Shown one piece after another: positions 50,514 through 59,511 of a stretch of 64,000 nucleotides of DNA. Made by a program: the position numbers and the translations under genes. Source of the DNA: Candidatus Latescibacterota bacterium (GTDB lineage: Bacteria; Latescibacterota; UBA2968; GCA-2709665); NCBI GenBank assembly GCA_965248435.1, contig OZ252100.1:2016001-2080000 (forward strand). Reading direction: 5' to 3'. The stretch's first letter is position 1. Each line of letters opens with the position of its first letter. Below the pieces are notes generated by a model. That model did not search any database. It was given only the letters and a program-made list of their open reading frames with translations, and was not told where the DNA came from.

Positions 50514-51506
50514 ATGAAGCAAGAGAATCTGTTGGGGGTAGATGTCTCAGCCCGGGAGCTGGTGGTCGCGATCCGTCGCTCAGGGAAAGCGTATCCACTG
50601 GCAAGATTTCCCAACACAGGCGAAGGGCACCGTCGATTGATCAAGTGGGCGACAAAGTGGGGAAAGCCGGCTCGAGTGGGAGTCGAGGCCACAGGCATCT
50701 ATAGTTTTGAGGTGGCGTTGGCGTTGTATCGGCATCCGAAGACTCAGGTGATGGTAATCAACCCCAGAGCGCTGAGGAATTTCTCTCAGGCTTTGATGAA
50801 ACGGGGGAAAACCGACCCGATCGATGCGGAAGTGGCATTGGAGTATGTGCAGCGGATGCCCTTCCAGACGTGGCAGGCACCCCGTGATGAAGTACTTGAC
50901 CTGCAGGCGATTACACGCCGGATCGCGCAGATCAAAGTCGAGATCAACCGGGAAGGAAACCGGCTTCACGCTTCCACGCAACGCCCATCGGTCGCGTCTG
51001 CGGTCGCCTTGGACATCGAAGAGCATGTTGAACATCTCAAAGCGCGTGTGCAGCAGCTGAAAGCGCGGGCTCTGGAGCTCATTGAGGGGGAAGCCACTCT
51101 GCGCGAGAAGTTCGCGCGATTGACTTCCGTTCACGGGATCGCAGCAACCAGCGCGATGGGCATTCTGGCAGAGATTTCGATGTTGCCTGCCGACATGAAG
51201 CCTGCCCAATGGGTGGCCTACGCAGGCCTGGATCCACGACCCCACGAATCGGGAGACACGATTCAGAAGCGCCGAGTGATCTCCAAAGCGGGGAATAAGT
51301 ACTTACGAACCGCCTTATATATGCCAGCGCTGGTGGCCATTCAACAGCAGCCCAATGTGAAGGCGTTCTACGAAAAACTCATCAGTCGAGGCAAGAAGCC
51401 CATGCAGGGGGTCATCGCGGTGATGCGAAAGCTGCTTCACTCCATCTGGGGTATTCTCCAACACAACCAGGACTTCGACGGAGAAAAGTTCTACAAAATG
51501 GCTTGA
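50514..51506 (+). CDS. IS110 recombinase (DEDD RuvC-like + Tnp20)
   Basis: GVDVS, VEATG, KTDPID, AYAGLDP..HESG, ISKAGNKYLR, AVMRKL. Confidence 0.95.
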   Translation: MKQENLLGVDVSARELVVAIRRSGKAYPLARFPNTGEGHRRLIKWATKWGKPARVGVEATGIYSFEVALALYRHPKTQVMVINPRALRNFSQALMKRGKTDPIDAEVALEYVQRMPFQTWQAPRDEVLDLQAITRRIAQIKVEINREGNRLHASTQRPSVASAVALDIEEHVEHLKARVQQLKARALELIEGEATLREKFARLTSVHGIAATSAMGILAEISMLPADMKPAQWVAYAGLDPRPHESGDTIQKRRVISKAGNKYLRTALYMPALVAIQQQPNVKAFYEKLISRGKKPMQGVIAVMRKLLHSIWGILQHNQDFDGEKFYKMA

Positions 51507-51519
51507 CCACCAAGAGAGT

Positions 51520-51612
51520 ATCTAACGTTCCCGCCACTTGCGAACCCGCCCCCAGGCGGGTTGCCGCAGGCCAAGGCGCGGATGCGCCGCAGCGCAAGTG
51601 GACGTGTTATGG
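51520..51612 (-). repeat. attC-like site (outer end replaced by IS110)
   Basis: taacgttcccgccacttgcg...cgcaagtggacgtgttatg. Confidence 0.9.
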
Positions 51613-51678
51613 GCTTGTGCCAGTTTGGAATTGGGCAAGAACATACAGTGGACGGCTATTACCTAGATTCCCAGGTCT

Positions 51679-52560
51679 TTAGTCGAACCTCTTCTGATAA
51701 CCACTGGCTTGGAGAAATTGTTCGAAGTCGTCAATGATAAGCATATTTCGGACTGCCTGACTCTTGTCAGAAGTAAGGTGATAGTACGATTCACAGATCT
51801 TGTAACCAATGAAGTACCCAAGATCGGCTGGGCGGCCCTTTGCCTTATCCGCATTGTATAGCCAATCGCTATGATCATTTCCGTTCATCTTCTCACGAAA
51901 GTCAATCCATAACTCACGCTCATGTAAGTTGCCATACTCATGGATATGTTCGTTGATATGTATGCCTGCAACAAGCTCTCCCAAGAAATCCGCTGAGCCT
52001 TCATCGATTGACTTCCTAAGAAGTGTCATCTCACCGTTTGGAAATCTCTGCTGACAATGAATCAGTTCGTGCATGACGATAAACGGAATGTCTTCCACTG
52101 GCTTTAAGACCTGTTTGTGCCAGTCACCCAGTTCTTCAAGAGGCGTCTCCCGCGTCCTGCCGTACATCTCCGCCCCGATTAAGAGGCCATTGTCCGAGGT
52201 TGTGCCTCCAGTGCGCATCCTTCCAATCACGAAAAAGACATCTGGAAACACCGAATCAGGATAGAGATGGTTCAACCTTAGGAAGTAGCTCCTAATTTCG
52301 TCCGTCATTTCGGCGATCCGAAGCGTACTCTCTCTCACTGATCGATAATAGCCAGGATGATGATCAATCGCTTTGACCAGGGCTTCGGGATTCTCAATGC
52401 GCATTCTGATGAAGTCTTCGAGTCCCTTCGTCCCCTTGTCGAGATACTCCGTCGCGAAGATCCGGATGCGCTCTTCACCTGTCACATCCCGTGCTAAGTC
52501 AAAAGCCCTCCAGAAATTATCGATGTCTGAAGTGATAAGTCGTGCTTCATCAGATTCCAT
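51679..52560 (-). CDS. Zn-dependent protease, DUF2268-like (cassette)
   Basis: HELIH, EGSADF, DLGYFIGY. Confidence 0.8.
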   Translation of the reverse strand: MESDEARLITSDIDNFWRAFDLARDVTGEERIRIFATEYLDKGTKGLEDFIRMRIENPEALVKAIDHHPGYYRSVRESTLRIAEMTDEIRSYFLRLNHLYPDSVFPDVFFVIGRMRTGGTTSDNGLLIGAEMYGRTRETPLEELGDWHKQVLKPVEDIPFIVMHELIHCQQRFPNGEMTLLRKSIDEGSADFLGELVAGIHINEHIHEYGNLHERELWIDFREKMNGNDHSDWLYNADKAKGRPADLGYFIGYKICESYYHLTSDKSQAVRNMLIIDDFEQFLQASGYQKRFD

Positions 52561-52628
52561 TGTATGATCCTAGCCTGTCTGCCTTTGTCCCACTCTCAGT
52601 TTCGCTTTGGCTCCAAAACTGGCATGGC

Positions 52629-52772
52629 CCATAACGTTCTCGCGGGCTGCGAACCTGCCAAGCTGGCGCGGCGCTTGCCACCCACGATTGTCTTAAGCAA
52701 GCGCCGTGACAGCGATAGGCAGGTTAGGCCGGAGGCGCAAATGCGCCGGAGCCGCAGCCCGGCGTGTTAGCC
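52629..52772 (-). repeat. attC-like site, long form
   Basis: Family arms plus extra branch. Confidence 0.92.
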
Positions 52773-52808
52773 GCAGTCGATTGAATTCACTACTACAACC
52801 GTAGGCCG

Positions 52809-53213
52809 TTACAGGGGAGCAGCATGATCAGCCTCTGTAAGACTGACGATCTCGAATCTCGTACCCTCGGGGCCTCGAAAGAATACTGCATAGTAGTCAC
52901 CACCATATTCAGGACACTCCTCCGGTCCATCGGTAATCACGATGCTTCGATCTTCCGCCCAGACCGCAAATCTATCGACCTCCTCCCGGCTGCGCGCTGT
53001 GAACGCAAGGTGCTGGAGGGCCCCCGGAGGTGAGCCAGACTCCACATCTTTCAAATAGATGCGTGATCCTCTGCCCTTCCAGCCCGCGAGGGCTTCATGA
53101 GTTTTCTCCTTAGTCATACCGAGAAAGCCAACCAACAACTCGTCGAAAAACGCCTCAGCCTCTGCTGGCTCCTGAAGTCCGAGTCCGATATGGTGAATCA
53201 CAGAATTTATCAT
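52809..53213 (-). CDS. VOC-family protein (cassette)
   Basis: HHIGL, HLAF, YYAVFFRGPEG. Confidence 0.88.
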   Translation of the reverse strand: MINSVIHHIGLGLQEPAEAEAFFDELLVGFLGMTKEKTHEALAGWKGRGSRIYLKDVESGSPPGALQHLAFTARSREEVDRFAVWAEDRSIVITDGPEECPEYGGDYYAVFFRGPEGTRFEIVSLTEADHAAPL

Positions 53214-53243
53214 GGCGTCCCTTCATTGACGTGCATCGATTGC

Positions 53244-53328
53244 GGCTAACGTTCTCGCGGGCTGCGAACCTGCGCAGCAGGTTGGACGAAGTGGCGAATG
53301 CCACAAGCCGCAGCCCGGCGTGTTAGCG
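53244..53328 (-). repeat. attC-like site
   Basis: ctaacgttctcgcgggctgcg...cgcagcccggcgtgttagc. Confidence 0.92.
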
Positions 53329-53365
53329 GCAGTCGCCTAAGGGGTCTACTCTCCAAACCGTTGCT

Positions 53366-54451
53366 CTATCTCAGGCTAACGAGCCAATCTCCGATGGCTC
53401 GGAGTGCGTCCTGCGAAATCTTCGCGTCCAGAGAAGCGTACTCCTCAGGAGATCCTGTTTCAGCCCTTTGCAAATGGTGATTCAACCCATCCATCAACTT
53501 AACGTCGTAGTCAGCCTTCCCCCTCCTGTTCAGCACTCCCTCCATTGCGTCCATGTTCCCGCTCGGGGGCACTTGCCAGTCCTTCTCACAAAAGATAGCC
53601 AGGATTGGGCAGTGAACCTCAGTCAGTGGTTTGGTTGGGTCATACCCAAGTAGCCATTCCAACCAAGGGGTAATCAGTTCGGGGAGGCTCTCCTTGAGAA
53701 TCTGAAGTGAATTGAGCCCAAGCTTTTCATACTCCGTGCTAAGTTCTGTTGACCGACCTGAGACAAGAGCAGCAGCAGTCCTCTCGATTTCGGTGTTGGG
53801 TTTGCGTCGTCTGACTAGAGCAAAGACCCGCGTCCAAAACAAACGCTCGGACTCGACCAAATCATCGCTCGCTCCATGGGAGATGAGACGTATTTTTCGC
53901 TGGAGGTGCAGATTCTCCTCGATGCCCGCGGTGGGGTGAGCCATCAGGACGATGAACGCCGTATCCGGAATCCGTGACGCGACCATCGACGCAATCAGCG
54001 CCCCTTCACTGTGGCCGATTATACCGATTTGCTTAGGTGCTATCCTCTTATGTTTCCGTAAGAAGGCGAATGCAGCAGTCACATCCCCAGAGAGGTCTGC
54101 CGTTGTTGCTCCAGATAAGCTTCCCGAGGACCGACCTACACCCCGTTTGTCGGAACGCAGGACGGCAAAGCCAATTGATGTAAGATATTGTGAAAGTTGC
54201 ACAAGACTTGGATCGTCGCGAGCCGTGGGCCCATCCCCAGGTACAAGGATGGCTGCAGGAACTGACGATTCGGAGTCCGGCATATCTAAAATGCCAGAGA
54301 TAATAACTCCCGCATTTTTGAACTCCACGGATTCCGAGCTGGATTCCGCCTTGGAGGCACCAACCAGCAGTAGTACACCCAGCGACAGGAATAGCCTGGC
54401 GAATAGATGCCTTGCCATTACTTCGACTTTCTTTGGAGATTGATCACTCAT
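53366..54451 (-). CDS. Secreted alpha/beta hydrolase (cassette)
   Basis: DKRGVGRS, GHSEG, KDWQV, LNH; alternative start at 54418 begins a signal peptide. Confidence 0.88.
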   Translation of the reverse strand: MSDQSPKKVEVMARHLFARLFLSLGVLLLVGASKAESSSESVEFKNAGVIISGILDMPDSESSVPAAILVPGDGPTARDDPSLVQLSQYLTSIGFAVLRSDKRGVGRSSGSLSGATTADLSGDVTAAFAFLRKHKRIAPKQIGIIGHSEGALIASMVASRIPDTAFIVLMAHPTAGIEENLHLQRKIRLISHGASDDLVESERLFWTRVFALVRRRKPNTEIERTAAALVSGRSTELSTEYEKLGLNSLQILKESLPELITPWLEWLLGYDPTKPLTEVHCPILAIFCEKDWQVPPSGNMDAMEGVLNRRGKADYDVKLMDGLNHHLQRAETGSPEEYASLDAKISQDALRAIGDWLVSLR

Positions 54452-54462
54452 ACGGCGATTGC

Positions 54463-54537
54463 CGCTAACGATTAAGCGTGTATCCGGAGTCGGAGAAGCG
54501 TGGACGGGAGCGGGATTCCGGATACACGGTGTTGAAC
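54463..54537 (-). repeat. attC-like site of distinct sequence abutting the recombinase/HUH element
   Basis: ctaacgattaagCGTGTATCCGGAgTC...GATTCCGGATACACGgtgttgaac. Confidence 0.8.
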
Positions 54538-54742
54538 GAAGCCGCTTCACCTGCCTATGGGGATTGGATGAGTGATTCTTGTGTAAGGACCGCTGGGCTG
54601 GCCCAGTCATCGGACCGTATTTGAAGCTGTTTGGAGGGGCCGATGTCGCAGGATCCCATAGTCGCTCTACCAAGCTCAAAGAGTGGACAGACTACTGCCG
54701 TGTTGGGTGGTTGGGCTTGCGGACAAGGGATGGTGTAGGAGC

Positions 54743-55933
54743 TCAAGCTACGGCAACATGTGCCGGAGGCGCTCGCAGAGGCGCGAGGGTTCCGACTGTG
54801 AGCATAGGGCCTCCGCACTGCGCACAGACCTGAAGATCGATGCCTGTTACCCGGAACAGAAGGTCCTGCCAGGTCGCCTTTGTGGCTGCGGAAGCCGTCG
54901 TGCATACAGTGCCCAGGAGCCTACGGCATCGTGCGAGCTTTTTCCGGCGACCCCGATTGCTGAGCAGTCCGTAGTGCCGGATCTTCACGAAGCCATCCGG
55001 CAGGATGTGAAGCAGGAACCGCCGGATGAACTCGTAGGCATCGACGGTCATCAGCTTCCGTCGGTTGCCGGCCTGGCGGTCCCGGTAGTGGAATGAGACC
55101 CGGTCGCCCTCACAGGCGACCAGCCGGTGGTTGGAGATGGCGATCCGGTGCGTGTATCGTCCCAGATAGGCCACGATGCGTTCTGGACCCGCAAAAGTCG
55201 GCTTGACGTAAACGGTCCATTCCCTCTGGTAAAGACCCCGAAGCAGATCGAAGAACGCATCTTCCAGTGGAGCACTCAATCCCGGGAACGCCAGAAGGCC
55301 TTCCTGGTGCGCGTCCTTCAGGAACGCAAGGAACTTCCCCCGGAACAGTCGGGACAGAACTTTTACGGGTAGAAAGAAGCCCCGTCGCGCCGCCTTCCAT
55401 TCCTGACCGTCGTGGGTCAGCCCACCTCCAGTTACGATACAGTGCAGATGCGGGTGGTCGATGAGTGTCTGAGACCACGTATGAAGCACGGCGGTAAAGC
55501 CGATCTGCGCTCCAAGATACTTCCGTTCCCGCGCCAGCTCCAGAAGACTCTGCGATGCGGCTTTAAACACCAGGTTGTAGATCAGCTTCTGGTTCCGCAG
55601 AGCAAGCGGCCGCAGGGGCTCGGGCAACGTGAAGACGACGTGGAAGTATGGGATCGGAAGGAGATCCTCTTTACGAGCGTCGATCCATCGTTCGGTCGTC
55701 AGGAACTGGCACTTCGTACAGTGCCGGTTGCGGCAGGAGTTGTAGGCGATCCGCTTCGTTCCGCACTGCCCGCACACTTCCACGTGTCCGCCCAGCGCAG
55801 CTGTTCGGCAGATCTGGATGGCTCGCATGGCCCGCTTCTGCCGAAGCGGCATGTGATCACCGTAGTGTGCTTGATACCCATCTCCGTGGACTCGGAAGAT
55901 GTCGGCGACTTCGAGAGGCTGTGACATGGCCAA
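54743..55933 (-). CDS. IS91-family (Y2/HUH) rolling-circle transposase with Zn-binding domain
   Basis: CRTAALGGH, SCRNRHCTKCQ, YFHVVFTLP, HPHLH (HUH), YLGRY (Y2), RFLLHILP. Confidence 0.93.
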   Translation of the reverse strand: MAMSQPLEVADIFRVHGDGYQAHYGDHMPLRQKRAMRAIQICRTAALGGHVEVCGQCGTKRIAYNSCRNRHCTKCQFLTTERWIDARKEDLLPIPYFHVVFTLPEPLRPLALRNQKLIYNLVFKAASQSLLELARERKYLGAQIGFTAVLHTWSQTLIDHPHLHCIVTGGGLTHDGQEWKAARRGFFLPVKVLSRLFRGKFLAFLKDAHQEGLLAFPGLSAPLEDAFFDLLRGLYQREWTVYVKPTFAGPERIVAYLGRYTHRIAISNHRLVACEGDRVSFHYRDRQAGNRRKLMTVDAYEFIRRFLLHILPDGFVKIRHYGLLSNRGRRKKLARCRRLLGTVCTTASAATKATWQDLLFRVTGIDLQVCAQCGGPMLTVGTLAPLRAPPAHVAVA

Positions 55934-55939
55934 CCTCTG

Positions 55940-56791
55940 CTACAAGGTCGGCTTGTCTTCATCTCCCAAAAGGTCCAGGGGGCTTCTGATACGCGTGAGA
56001 TCGCGAGTGGTGACGTGGAGGTAGACGGTGGTGGTTCGCAGGCTCGTGTGACCCAACAGTTGTTGGACGAAACGGACGTCCACTCCGTTGTCCAGAAGAT
56101 GTGTGGCGAAGCTGTGACGCAGAGAATGGACACTCGCACGCTTTTGTATCTCGGCGCGTCGGCAGGCCTGCTCGAAGACTTTCTGGACACTGCGGGCGTG
56201 GAGCGGTGCATCCGGTCTTTCGCCAGGGAACAGCCAATCGCGAGGCTGGTAGCTGCGCCAGTAGACGCGGAGTGCCTTTAACGCCTCCTGGGCCAGAAGC
56301 GTCTCTCGCTCTTTTTGGCCTTTGCCCCGCACACGGATCAGCATCCGGTCACTGTCGATATCGGAAAGCTTTAGCCCGATGGCCTCACTCAGTCTGAGCC
56401 CACCAGAGTAAATGACCATCAGCAGCGTACGGTGTTTCAGGTTGTTGGTCCTGTCGATCAGCCGCTGCACTTCCTCTGTGGAGAGTACCACCGGGAGCTT
56501 CTTTGCCTTCTTCGCACGAGGGATGCCCCACTCGACCCAGTCACGCTTCAACGTCGTTTGGAACAGAAACTTCAGTCCGCTGTATACCTGGTTGACATAG
56601 CTTTGGGACAGCTTCCGCTCAGTGATCAGATAGTGCAGATAGGCGCGGATCTCTTCTTCGCTGAGCCGGTCGGGCGGTGTCTTGCAGTAACGACACAGCC
56701 CGGCCACTCCGCTCACGTACGCCTTCTGCGTATCCGGATCTAAACCTTTCAACTGCATGTCCCGGATCATTCGCTTCCGATGCTTGGTCAT
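55940..56791 (-). CDS. Tyrosine recombinase, IntI-related but lacking the IntI-specific insertion
   Basis: LPVVLSTEEV, YSGGLRLSE, HSLRHSFATHLL, LLGHTSLRTTTVY; only 283 aa with a short LFP-to-HxxR segment. Confidence 0.92.
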   Translation of the reverse strand: MTKHRKRMIRDMQLKGLDPDTQKAYVSGVAGLCRYCKTPPDRLSEEEIRAYLHYLITERKLSQSYVNQVYSGLKFLFQTTLKRDWVEWGIPRAKKAKKLPVVLSTEEVQRLIDRTNNLKHRTLLMVIYSGGLRLSEAIGLKLSDIDSDRMLIRVRGKGQKERETLLAQEALKALRVYWRSYQPRDWLFPGERPDAPLHARSVQKVFEQACRRAEIQKRASVHSLRHSFATHLLDNGVDVRFVQQLLGHTSLRTTTVYLHVTTRDLTRIRSPLDLLGDEDKPTL

Positions 56792-56942
56792 GGCTCTCTC
56801 CTTCTGCTGATGGTGGACGTTGTTAGCAGAAGGAGGATGCGAAGCACAGAGCCATTTGCAAAGTGGCTCCGGACTTGCACGGTATCATATCCTGGTTGTC
56901 AAAGAGCAAAGGCCTTGCAGCAGGCCACCGCGAAGCGGTTTA

Positions 56943-57021
56943 GTTCAACTTCTGCATTCGCGTACTTCGTGGATTCCACCAAGGTACGAGTATCTGCGCC
57001 CTACGCCTATCCCGGTTAAAC
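56943..57021 (-). repeat. Possible attC-like hairpin at the other end of the element
   Basis: gttcaac...gtacttcgt...acgagta...gttaaac; imperfect pairing. Confidence 0.4.
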
Positions 57022-57074
57022 GTACTTAACACGCCCTTGTTCGTGAATCCCTTTCTATAGAGACACGTGAATTT

Positions 57075-57163
57075 GACAACCGAGTGCCGCGTAATACGGC
57101 CGATCCCGCGAAGGATGTTGGGCCAAAGAGCGAAGCGACCGAAGCGCAAAGCCCGTGTTACAC
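57075..57163 (-). repeat. Degenerate attC-like site
   Basis: Right half gttgggcc...gaagcgcaaagcccgtgttacac resembles the family. Confidence 0.55.
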
Positions 57164-57181
57164 GCTGGGCAATGATTACCT

Positions 57182-57664
57182 CTAGTCATCATGAGCAAGC
57201 ATAGGCACATTCGAGGTGAAATACTGCCGAAGTAGAGATGCATACCTTCGTCTCTGATCGGCGGGCGCAATTGAAAATTCCGATCTATACAGGTTGTCTC
57301 CCTCGAAGCGCGGAAGTACGTGCAAATGATAGTGCCACACATCTTGACCCCCTGCCGGCTCATTGTTCTGGCGGGTAGTAACACCATCACAGTCGTGAAC
57401 AGATTTCAGCGCTAGGGCAAGATGTCGAGAAAAGCGGTGTATTCGGTCGGAGAGGCGGCCCGGTAGTTCGTAAAGGTTCTCAACATGCCTCTTTGGAATT
57501 ACGAGTGCATGCCCAGGATTATTAGCCCACCAATGCAGACTAATGATCGAGAAAATCAGATTATCCTCATATACCAAATATGGGTTATCAATGTGAGAAT
57601 CATCACCCATCATTCCGCAGAAGGGACAAGGATACCCATCAGGTTCGTGGCTAAACAAAGGCAT
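57182..57664 (-). CDS. HIT-family protein (cassette)
   Basis: CPFC, GQDVWHYHLH. Confidence 0.92.
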   Translation of the reverse strand: MPLFSHEPDGYPCPFCGMMGDDSHIDNPYLVYEDNLIFSIISLHWWANNPGHALVIPKRHVENLYELPGRLSDRIHRFSRHLALALKSVHDCDGVTTRQNNEPAGGQDVWHYHLHVLPRFEGDNLYRSEFSIAPADQRRRYASLLRQYFTSNVPMLAHDD

Positions 57665-57697
57665 TCAGGAGCTCTCCTCTTGTATCTAGTGCCTTGC

Positions 57698-57785
57698 GCA
57701 TAACGGTCCCGCCGTGCGCGAACCGCCGCAGGCAAGTTAGGTCGGAGGCCCGAAAGGGCCGAAGCCGCAGCCCGGCGTGTTATGC
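57698..57785 (-). repeat. attC-like site (arms mismatched)
   Basis: gcataacggtcccgcc...cgcagcccggcgtgttatg. Confidence 0.85.
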
Positions 57786-57847
57786 GTCCGCACAGGTTCT
57801 GAGCTCGTCTCTATCCATCACGGCACACCATCCGACTATTCGACTCC

Positions 57848-58892
57848 CGAGTTCAATAAGGAAGTGCAACACTTAGGGTAGCAACTGTCCTATCCTAAGT
57901 GTATGGGAAACAATTACAAGCATCTTACGATAGACGAACGCGAGCAGATTGCGCTTTGTCGAGCCACTGGTGCAAGCCTTAGAGATATTGCCAAGGCCCT
58001 TGACCGGAGCGCCAGCACGATTTCAAGAGAGTTGAAACGTAATCCGTCCCCGATAGCTGAGAGTTACTCGGGCCTCCAGGCTCACAGAAGGGCTGAGAAA
58101 CGTAAGCGGGAGGCCGGCAAGCGGAAACGGCTGAAGAATCCGGTTATCCGGCGATATGTCGAGACCAAACTCAAGCAAGGATGGTCTCCCGAGTTGATCG
58201 CTGGGAGGCTTCCCGAGGAGCGTCCGAGCGCGGGTATCAGCCACGAAGCCATCTACCAGTATATCTACGATCCAAAGGTGCACAAGCAGCGGGATCTGGT
58301 TGCTTGCTTATCCCGAGCTCACAAAAAACGAAAGCCGCGGTGGCATACCCGAAAACACCGGGAAAGCCACATTCCAGGCCGTATTTCGATCGATCGACGT
58401 TACATCGAAAAACGGAAACAACCTGGCCACTGGGAATCCGACACCATCATCTCTCGTGAGAGCAAACAGGCCGTTGGCGCTTGTCTTGAGCGATCGTCGA
58501 GATACCTACACCTGGCTAAGCTGGCAAAGAACGGACCCTCGGAGGTCGCCGAAGCGATTAATCGACGCCTTGGGCGACATCCTCCCCACATGAGGAAGAG
58601 CATCACATATGACAACGGATCCGAAAACGGCCAACATCAACGGGTCAACGAGGTGCTTGGCACCAAATCCTATTTCTGCAAACCGTTCCACAGCTGGGAG
58701 CGAGGCGCTGTGGAAAACGCTATCGGTCTGGTCCGCAGATACCTCCCCAAGAAGACAGACTTCTCAAAGGTCAGCAAACACGAGTTAAAGAAAATTCAGA
58801 ACCGGATCAACAACCGACCAAGAAAATGTCTTAACTTCAAAACACCAGCTGAAGTCTTCAAGTCCAAGTGTTGCACTTAGTCATTGAATCCA
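57848..58892 (+). mobile_element. IS30-family insertion sequence
   Basis: Imperfect ~27-bp IRs with perfect core AAGTGCAACACTT (57862) / AAGTGTTGCACTT (58866). Confidence 0.9.
57903..58880 (+). CDS. IS30-family transposase
   Basis: STISRELKRN, WSPE, GHWESD, TYDNGSE, WERGAVEN, RPRKCL. Confidence 0.95.
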   Translation: MGNNYKHLTIDEREQIALCRATGASLRDIAKALDRSASTISRELKRNPSPIAESYSGLQAHRRAEKRKREAGKRKRLKNPVIRRYVETKLKQGWSPELIAGRLPEERPSAGISHEAIYQYIYDPKVHKQRDLVACLSRAHKKRKPRWHTRKHRESHIPGRISIDRRYIEKRKQPGHWESDTIISRESKQAVGACLERSSRYLHLAKLAKNGPSEVAEAINRRLGRHPPHMRKSITYDNGSENGQHQRVNEVLGTKSYFCKPFHSWERGAVENAIGLVRRYLPKKTDFSKVSKHELKKIQNRINNRPRKCLNFKTPAEVFKSKCCT

Positions 58893-59430
58893 GCACTTCG
58901 ATTTTCTGTCCTTCAGGTCCTATTTCAGCAAAATGATCCCAGTAGAATTGCGCCCTGGGTTTCTCCCCTCTGCCAAGGATCTCTCGCCAGTCCGCAAGTC
59001 TCACGTCTGGTTCAAATGGCCAGACCTTGTCCTGGAGCCTTGCGATTCCCTTCTTCCCATCATAGGCGTCAGCAATCCTCTGCCGGTCCCACCACATAGT
59101 GGGCTCGGGTAGCTCGGAGACCTCGAAGTAGGCCGCATCCGCGATCTCATCTGGACAGATCGCGATCCGATGGTTCAGAGGTTCTCCTGCGAAAACCACG
59201 ACATTGTCGCCACCGTTGTGCCACCGTGGGCTAGAATAGATCCCAACCATTCTGGTTAATTCCGTCTCGATGCCCGTTTCTTCGGTAGTCTCACGGATGG
59301 CAGCTTGGGCGACGGTCTCTCCAGGGTCTACCATTCCTCCAGGTAATCCCCAGACTTCAAGATCTTGCCTCTGAACCAAGAGAACTTTGTCAGAGTCAAA
59401 GACAGCGACACTTGCAGAGAGGTTTGGCAA
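58858..59430 (-). CDS. NUDIX hydrolase (cassette), 3' end replaced by IS30
   Basis: PGGMVDPGETVAQAAIRETTEETG. Confidence 0.9.
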   Translation of the reverse strand: MPNLSASVAVFDSDKVLLVQRQDLEVWGLPGGMVDPGETVAQAAIRETTEETGIETELTRMVGIYSSPRWHNGGDNVVVFAGEPLNHRIAICPDEIADAAYFEVSELPEPTMWWDRQRIADAYDGKKGIARLQDKVWPFEPDVRLADWREILGRGEKPRAQFYWDHFAEIGPEGQKIEVLDSMTKCNTWT

Positions 59431-59511
59431 GTTTCCTCCAGAGAGAGCATAACAGATTTAGGGTTCTGTGCTTCCGATTGTACGGGTATTGCATCTTGGA
59501 ACCTATGTGGC

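Larger units (their letters stand above)
50292..51523 (+). mobile_element. IS110-family insertion sequence inserted at a cassette junction
   Basis: Removing it restores gcgcat|aac, complementary to gttatgcgc at the other end of the cassette (49414); no terminal IRs. Confidence 0.9.
54531..56949 (-). mobile_element. Tyrosine recombinase + IS91-like transposase element with cassette-type ends
   Basis: 15-bp imperfect IRs GTTGAACGAAGCCGC (54531) / GCGGTTTAGTTCAAC (56935-56949). Confidence 0.85.

Noticed and set aside
55940-56791. Canonical integron integrase IntI
   Set aside because: Too short, lacks the IntI-specific insertion, lies mid-array in cassette orientation and is coupled to an IS91-like gene.
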